Positions 14,186 to 18,649 of a stretch of 18,649 bases of DNA are shown here, one piece after another. The stretch is taken from the NCBI GenBank assembly GCA_039714075.1, contig JBDLKA010000069.1, positions 1-18,649 of the forward strand. The letters are read 5' to 3'. The stretch is from Candidatus Krumholzibacteriota bacterium. Its GTDB lineage: Bacteria; Krumholzibacteriota; Krumholzibacteriia; LZORAL124-64-63. Both the position numbers and the translations under genes were made by a program. The notes under the pieces are model-generated. The model worked only from the letters and a program-made list of their open reading frames with translations, was not told the DNA's origin and did no database searches. Each line of letters opens with the position of its first letter. The stretch's first letter is position 1.

Positions 14186-17100
14186 TCATCCAGACCGCCG
14201 TCCGTCGGCCCGTCGCCATCCTGATGCTGTTCGCCGGCCTGGTGCTGATCGGATTCCAGGCCCGGCAAAGGCTCTCGGTGGACCTGCTGCCGTCGATCAA
14301 CTATCCCAACCTGACCGTCATCACCAACTACACCGACACGCCCGCCGACGACCTGACCCGGCTGGTCACCCAGCCGCTGGAAGAGGTCATCACCGGACTG
14401 GCCGGCGTGCGGCGCGTGGTTTCCAAAACGCGCGAGGGCGTGTCGACCATCACGGTGCAGTACGAGTGGGGCACCGAGATGGACTTCGCCAACCTGCACC
14501 TGCGCGAGGCCATCGACCGCGTCAGTTACCGCGACGATTTTCCCGAGGCCGCGGACCGGCCGCTGATCCTGCGTTGGGATCCCGGCGCCCGCCCCATCGC
14601 CATCATGGTCCTGCACGGCGACGACCCCATGGCGCGCATGACCGAGTTCGCGCGCGAAGTGGTCAAGCCCGCCCTCGAACAGATCAACGGCGTCAGCCAG
14701 GCCGAGGTCATCGGCGGGGCCGAACGCGAGATCCTGGTGCGGCCCGACTTCGACAAGCTGCGGCTGTACGGCCTGACGATGGAAGACCTGAGCACCGCGC
14801 TGCGGGTCGCTAATATCAGCTTTCCCGGAGGACGTATCCGCAAGGGGCCCTTGCACTTGCCGTTACGCATCCTGGGCGAGTTCGAAAACCTGGACGAGAT
14901 CCGCAAGACCGAGATTCCCGCCGCCGGACCGGGCATCACCATCGGCAACCTGGCCGAAGTCATCGATACGGTCAAGGAACCCGAGGGGTTCACCCTGAAC
15001 GGGGATGAAGAGGTGGTCTCGCTGCACCTGTACAAGGAGGTCGGCGAAAACACCATCTCGGCCACCGTCGAGGTGGACAAGGTCCTGGGCATCCTGGGCG
15101 ACCAGTATCCCGACTTCGACTACTCGTTCATCTACAAGGACGCGGAGTTCGTGCAGGAGAGTTTCCAGGGCCTGGAAGACTCGCTGAAGTACGGCGCCGG
15201 CCTGGCCTTCCTGGTGCTGTTCTTCTTCCTGATGAACTGGCGCAGCCCGGTCGTGGTCGGCCTGGCCATTCCCGTTTCGATCATGACCACGTTCGCCTTC
15301 CTCTACTTCGCCGACGTTGGTTTGAACCTGATGTCCCTGGGCGGCCTGTCATTGGCCGCCGGTATGCTGGTGGACAACTCCATCGTCGTATTGGAGAACA
15401 TCAACCGGCACCTGCGCCTGAAGAAGGGAAGTTCGCAACCCATCGGCGAGATCTGCTCCGGAGCCGCGGCCGAGGTGGCCTCCCCCGTGGTCGCCGCCAC
15501 CCTGACGACCGTGGCCGTCTTCTTCCCCGTCATCTACGTGCCGGGCATCGCGGGCGAGTTCTTCCGCGACCAGGCCCTGACGGTCACCATCTCGCTGGTG
15601 GTTTCGATTTTCGCCGCCCTGCTGCTGCAGCCCATGCTGTCGGCGCACATCCTCAAGACGCCCAAGGACGTTCCCAGCCTGATCTTCCGGCCCGGGGAGC
15701 GTCTCTTCCAGACCGTCATCCGGAAATACCACGGGGTGCTGGAACGGGTCATGGACCACAAGGTTGTTTTCCTGGCCGTGGTGCTGATCGCGCTGGCGGG
15801 GGTCGGCCTGCTGGGCACGAAAATGAGGCTTTCGTTCATGCCCGACCGCACCCGCGGCGACTTCACCCTGGCCGTGGAACTGCCCGCCGGAACGCCGCTG
15901 GAAATGACCTACGTCACCGCCGGCAATCTGGCCGGTTTCCTGGTGCCCATGGAAGAGGTCGAAACCGTCTACACCCAGGTCGGCGTCACCGAAAAGACCC
16001 TGGCCAGCCTGAAGGAGTACAGCTCGGCGAACACGGCCCGCATCCGGGTCATGCTGCGCCCGTCCCGTCAAGGCCGGCAGGACATGGAACGGGTCAAGGA
16101 ACGGTTGCAATCGCGCCTGGCCGCCCAGGAAGGCACCGTCTTCGTGTTCAGCGAAGAGGGTGTCGGGCTGCGCGAAATCCTGGCCAGCGGCGAGGCGTCC
16201 TTCACCCTGGGCGTGGTGGCCGAAAAATCGGAGGAAGCCCGGATCGTGGCCGAAGATCTTTTACCGCAGTTGCGGGCGATCGACGGTCTGGGCGACGTGG
16301 AAATGGACCGCATGATGGGCAACCCCACCGTCGAAGTGACCGTGGACCGGGAAAAAGCCCTGCGCTTCGGCCTGGAGCCAGAAGCCCTGGCCCGCGAGCT
16401 GCGCAACCGCATTCAGGGCACGGTGGCGACGACCTACAACGAGATCGAACAGAGGATCGACATCGCCGTGCGCCTGCCCCGGGACCAGCGTTACGACCTG
16501 GCCACCGTGCTGGCCTCCCCCGTGGCCGTGGGCGAGGGCAAGACAGTGCCCCTGGGTTCGTTCGTGATCCAGACCCGCGGCACGCCCGTGCGGGAAATCG
16601 TGCGGCGCGACCAGCGGCGGCAGGTCACCATCTCCGGCGACGTTAACGGACGGACCGTGGCCGAGGTCTGGCAGGACGTCGACGCCCTGCTGGCCAGGGT
16701 CGAGGTCGGCGAAGGCGTCGCCTTCGTCACAGGCGGCGAGCAGGAAGAGATCAACAACAGTTTCCGTGATCTGGGTTACGCCCTGCTGCTGAGCGCCCTG
16801 CTGGTCTACATGATCCTCGCCGCCCAGTTCGAGAGTTTCCTGGATCCGCTGATCATCTCGGCCGTGCTGCCCGTGGGCGTGGCGGGCGCGCTGGTCACCC
16901 TGGCGGTGACCGGGCAAAGCCTGAACATCATTTCACTGATCGGCATGATCGCCCTGCTGGGCATCGCGGTGAACGACGCCATTGTCAAGGTGGCCACCAT
17001 CCGCCGGCTGCGGTCCGAAGGGATGTCCGGGCGCGAGGCGATCATGGAAGCCAGCACCCTGCGCTTCCGGCCCATCATCATGACCACCGTGACCACCGTG

Positions 17101-17265
17101 CTGGCCATGGTGCCGATGGGGCTGGGCCTGGGCACGGGCGAGCAGATGCAACGCCCGCTGGCCATCACCATTATCGGGGGACTGAGCATCGCCACGTTTT
17201 TGACCCTGTTCCTGACCCCGGTGGTGTACGAGATGCTGCACCGCCGCACGGACAAGGAATACTGA
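14182..17265 (+). CDS. RND efflux transporter permease subunit 1 (AcrB/AcrD/AcrF-like)
   Basis: 1027 aa; AVRRPV N-terminus, VDLLPSINYP, TM4 GMLVDNSIVVLENI, YMILAAQFES and LRFRPIIMTT motifs; ATGA overlap with the MFP stop. Confidence 0.96.
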   Translation: MIIQTAVRRPVAILMLFAGLVLIGFQARQRLSVDLLPSINYPNLTVITNYTDTPADDLTRLVTQPLEEVITGLAGVRRVVSKTREGVSTITVQYEWGTEMDFANLHLREAIDRVSYRDDFPEAADRPLILRWDPGARPIAIMVLHGDDPMARMTEFAREVVKPALEQINGVSQAEVIGGAEREILVRPDFDKLRLYGLTMEDLSTALRVANISFPGGRIRKGPLHLPLRILGEFENLDEIRKTEIPAAGPGITIGNLAEVIDTVKEPEGFTLNGDEEVVSLHLYKEVGENTISATVEVDKVLGILGDQYPDFDYSFIYKDAEFVQESFQGLEDSLKYGAGLAFLVLFFFLMNWRSPVVVGLAIPVSIMTTFAFLYFADVGLNLMSLGGLSLAAGMLVDNSIVVLENINRHLRLKKGSSQPIGEICSGAAAEVASPVVAATLTTVAVFFPVIYVPGIAGEFFRDQALTVTISLVVSIFAALLLQPMLSAHILKTPKDVPSLIFRPGERLFQTVIRKYHGVLERVMDHKVVFLAVVLIALAGVGLLGTKMRLSFMPDRTRGDFTLAVELPAGTPLEMTYVTAGNLAGFLVPMEEVETVYTQVGVTEKTLASLKEYSSANTARIRVMLRPSRQGRQDMERVKERLQSRLAAQEGTVFVFSEEGVGLREILASGEASFTLGVVAEKSEEARIVAEDLLPQLRAIDGLGDVEMDRMMGNPTVEVTVDREKALRFGLEPEALARELRNRIQGTVATTYNEIEQRIDIAVRLPRDQRYDLATVLASPVAVGEGKTVPLGSFVIQTRGTPVREIVRRDQRRQVTISGDVNGRTVAEVWQDVDALLARVEVGEGVAFVTGGEQEEINNSFRDLGYALLLSALLVYMILAAQFESFLDPLIISAVLPVGVAGALVTLAVTGQSLNIISLIGMIALLGIAVNDAIVKVATIRRLRSEGMSGREAIMEASTLRFRPIIMTTVTTVLAMVPMGLGLGTGEQMQRPLAITIIGGLSIATFLTLFLTPVVYEMLHRRTDKEY

Positions 17266-17281
17266 CCGGGAGACGATTGCC

Positions 17282-18649
17282 GTGATCCGTTTTGCCGTCG
17301 ACCACCCCGTCGCCACGTGGATGCTGTTCACGGCGCTGATCGTGACCGGCGTGTACGCCCTGCCCCGGCTGAACATCGAGGCGATGCCCGAAACCGAACT
17401 GCCGGAGCTGTCGATCGTCACCAGTTGGAACGGCGCCTCCCCCAGCGCCATCCAGCGGTCGGTCACCCTGCCCATCGAAGAGGCTGTCGCGGGCTGCCAC
17501 GGCGTCGAGGACCTGGATTCCCAGTCCCGGCACGGGCAGAGCTCGGTCACGGTCAAGTACAAGCGCGGCACCGACATGGAGTTCGCGCGACTGGAACTTT
17601 CCGAACGCCTGGGCGCCGTCCGCCGCACCCTGCCCGCCCAGGCGGGCCAGCCCTACATCCGCCCCTACGTGCCCGAGGAACTGCGCACCGAGGAATTCTT
17701 TTCCGTCAGCCTGATCTCGCCGCTGTCCATGAACGACCTGCGCGACCGGGCCGAGACCTGGCTGGTGCCCCGCTTCCTGGCGATTCCCGGCGTGGCCGAC
17801 GCTGAACTGCGCGGCGGCGCGCGCCCCATGATCAAGGTGCTGCTCGACCTGGAACTGATGGAAAGGTACGGCCTGACCGCCGACCTGATCGCCGGCCGGC
17901 TGGATGCCCTGGACGACATCACGCCCGCCGGAGCGGTCCGCCGCAGCGGCCTCGAACTCACGGTCAGCGTGCAGGAGGATGTCTCGCTGCGCATGCTGGA
18001 AGACACGGTGCTGCGCACCATCGCGGGGCAGCCGGTCACCCTCGGCCACGTGGCGCGCGCCCAACCCGATTTCGAGGACATCTCCTACTACAGCCGCATC
18101 AACGGTGAAAACGTCATCACCCTGAACGTCACCAAGCGCAGCGGCCAGAACTCCATTTCGGTGAGCCGGCGCCTGCGCGCCGAGATGCCCCGCATCGAAG
18201 CCGAAGCCCCCTTTGCCGTGACCTTCGAGGTGGACCAGGACGAGGGCGAGGATCTGGAGGAAAAGCTCGAGGAACTGGTGATCCGCTCCTTGATCATCCT
18301 GGGCCTGCTGTTCATCCTGCTGGCCATCGCGCTGAAGCAGGTGCGGCTGACCGGCATCGTCATCTTCTCGATTCTGCTGGCCATCGTGATCTGCCTGTCG
18401 CTGTTCTACTTCTTCGGTGTTTCGGTGAATTTCATCACCATCAGCGGGTTGACCGTGTGTTTCGGCATGCTGCTGGACAACAGCATCCTTGTGCTGGACG
18501 CCATCCACCGCCGCCTGACCGGCCGCTGGGAAGGCGACAGCCGCCTGGCCTTGATCCGCGGCACCCGCGAGGTGGCCTTCCCCATCATGGCCACCACGCT
18601 GACCACGGTGGTGGCGTTCCTGTCGTTCATCTTCATGACCGACCGGTTG
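17282..18649 (+). CDS. RND efflux transporter permease subunit 2 (runs off the right edge)
   Basis: My translation from GTG 17282 (GGGAGA RBS): MIRFAVDHPVATWMLFTALIVTGVYALPRLNIEAMPETELP...; TM4 GMLLDNSILVLDAI; TREVAFPIMATTLTTVVAF. Open for 456 codons to the edge; not in the ORF track. Confidence 0.93.
   Translation, partial: MIRFAVDHPVATWMLFTALIVTGVYALPRLNIEAMPETELPELSIVTSWNGASPSAIQRSVTLPIEEAVAGCHGVEDLDSQSRHGQSSVTVKYKRGTDMEFARLELSERLGAVRRTLPAQAGQPYIRPYVPEELRTEEFFSVSLISPLSMNDLRDRAETWLVPRFLAIPGVADAELRGGARPMIKVLLDLELMERYGLTADLIAGRLDALDDITPAGAVRRSGLELTVSVQEDVSLRMLEDTVLRTIAGQPVTLGHVARAQPDFEDISYYSRINGENVITLNVTKRSGQNSISVSRRLRAEMPRIEAEAPFAVTFEVDQDEGEDLEEKLEELVIRSLIILGLLFILLAIALKQVRLTGIVIFSILLAIVICLSLFYFFGVSVNFITISGLTVCFGMLLDNSILVLDAIHRRLTGRWEGDSRLALIRGTREVAFPIMATTLTTVVAFLSFIFMTDRL

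Noticed and set aside
17171..18508. 445-aa minus-strand ORF
   Set aside because: Shadow of the second RND permease, which the track missed because it lacks a stop in the window.

Overview
GC-rich bacterial chromosomal window with no mobile-element genes, CRISPR array or RNA genes that I can see. The left part is housekeeping: the 5' part of an adenosine deaminase gene (minus strand, runs off the left edge, missing from the ORF track), a divergent stand-alone 3-Cys Rrf2/IscR-like regulator with a strong intrinsic terminator, and a pta-ackA operon. A ~144-bp near-perfect palindrome fills the gap after ackA and includes an inverted copy of ackA's last codons. Next come a minus-strand beta-sandwich lipoprotein and a PhzF-family gene. 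From 6631 to the right edge is a ~12-kb co-directional envelope locus: a secreted TPR/CBM9-like/degenerate alpha-beta-hydrolase protein, three tandem paralogous secreted beta-propeller proteins sharing an acidic linker plus P-x-x-V-I-C-Y-[RK] C-terminus, a lipoprotein membrane-fusion protein, and two tandem RND permeases (the second truncated by the edge and missing from the ORF track) with non-canonical proton-relay motifs. The propeller array plus RND pair is the best candidate for an uncharacterised system. All calls come from motif reading, not database searches.
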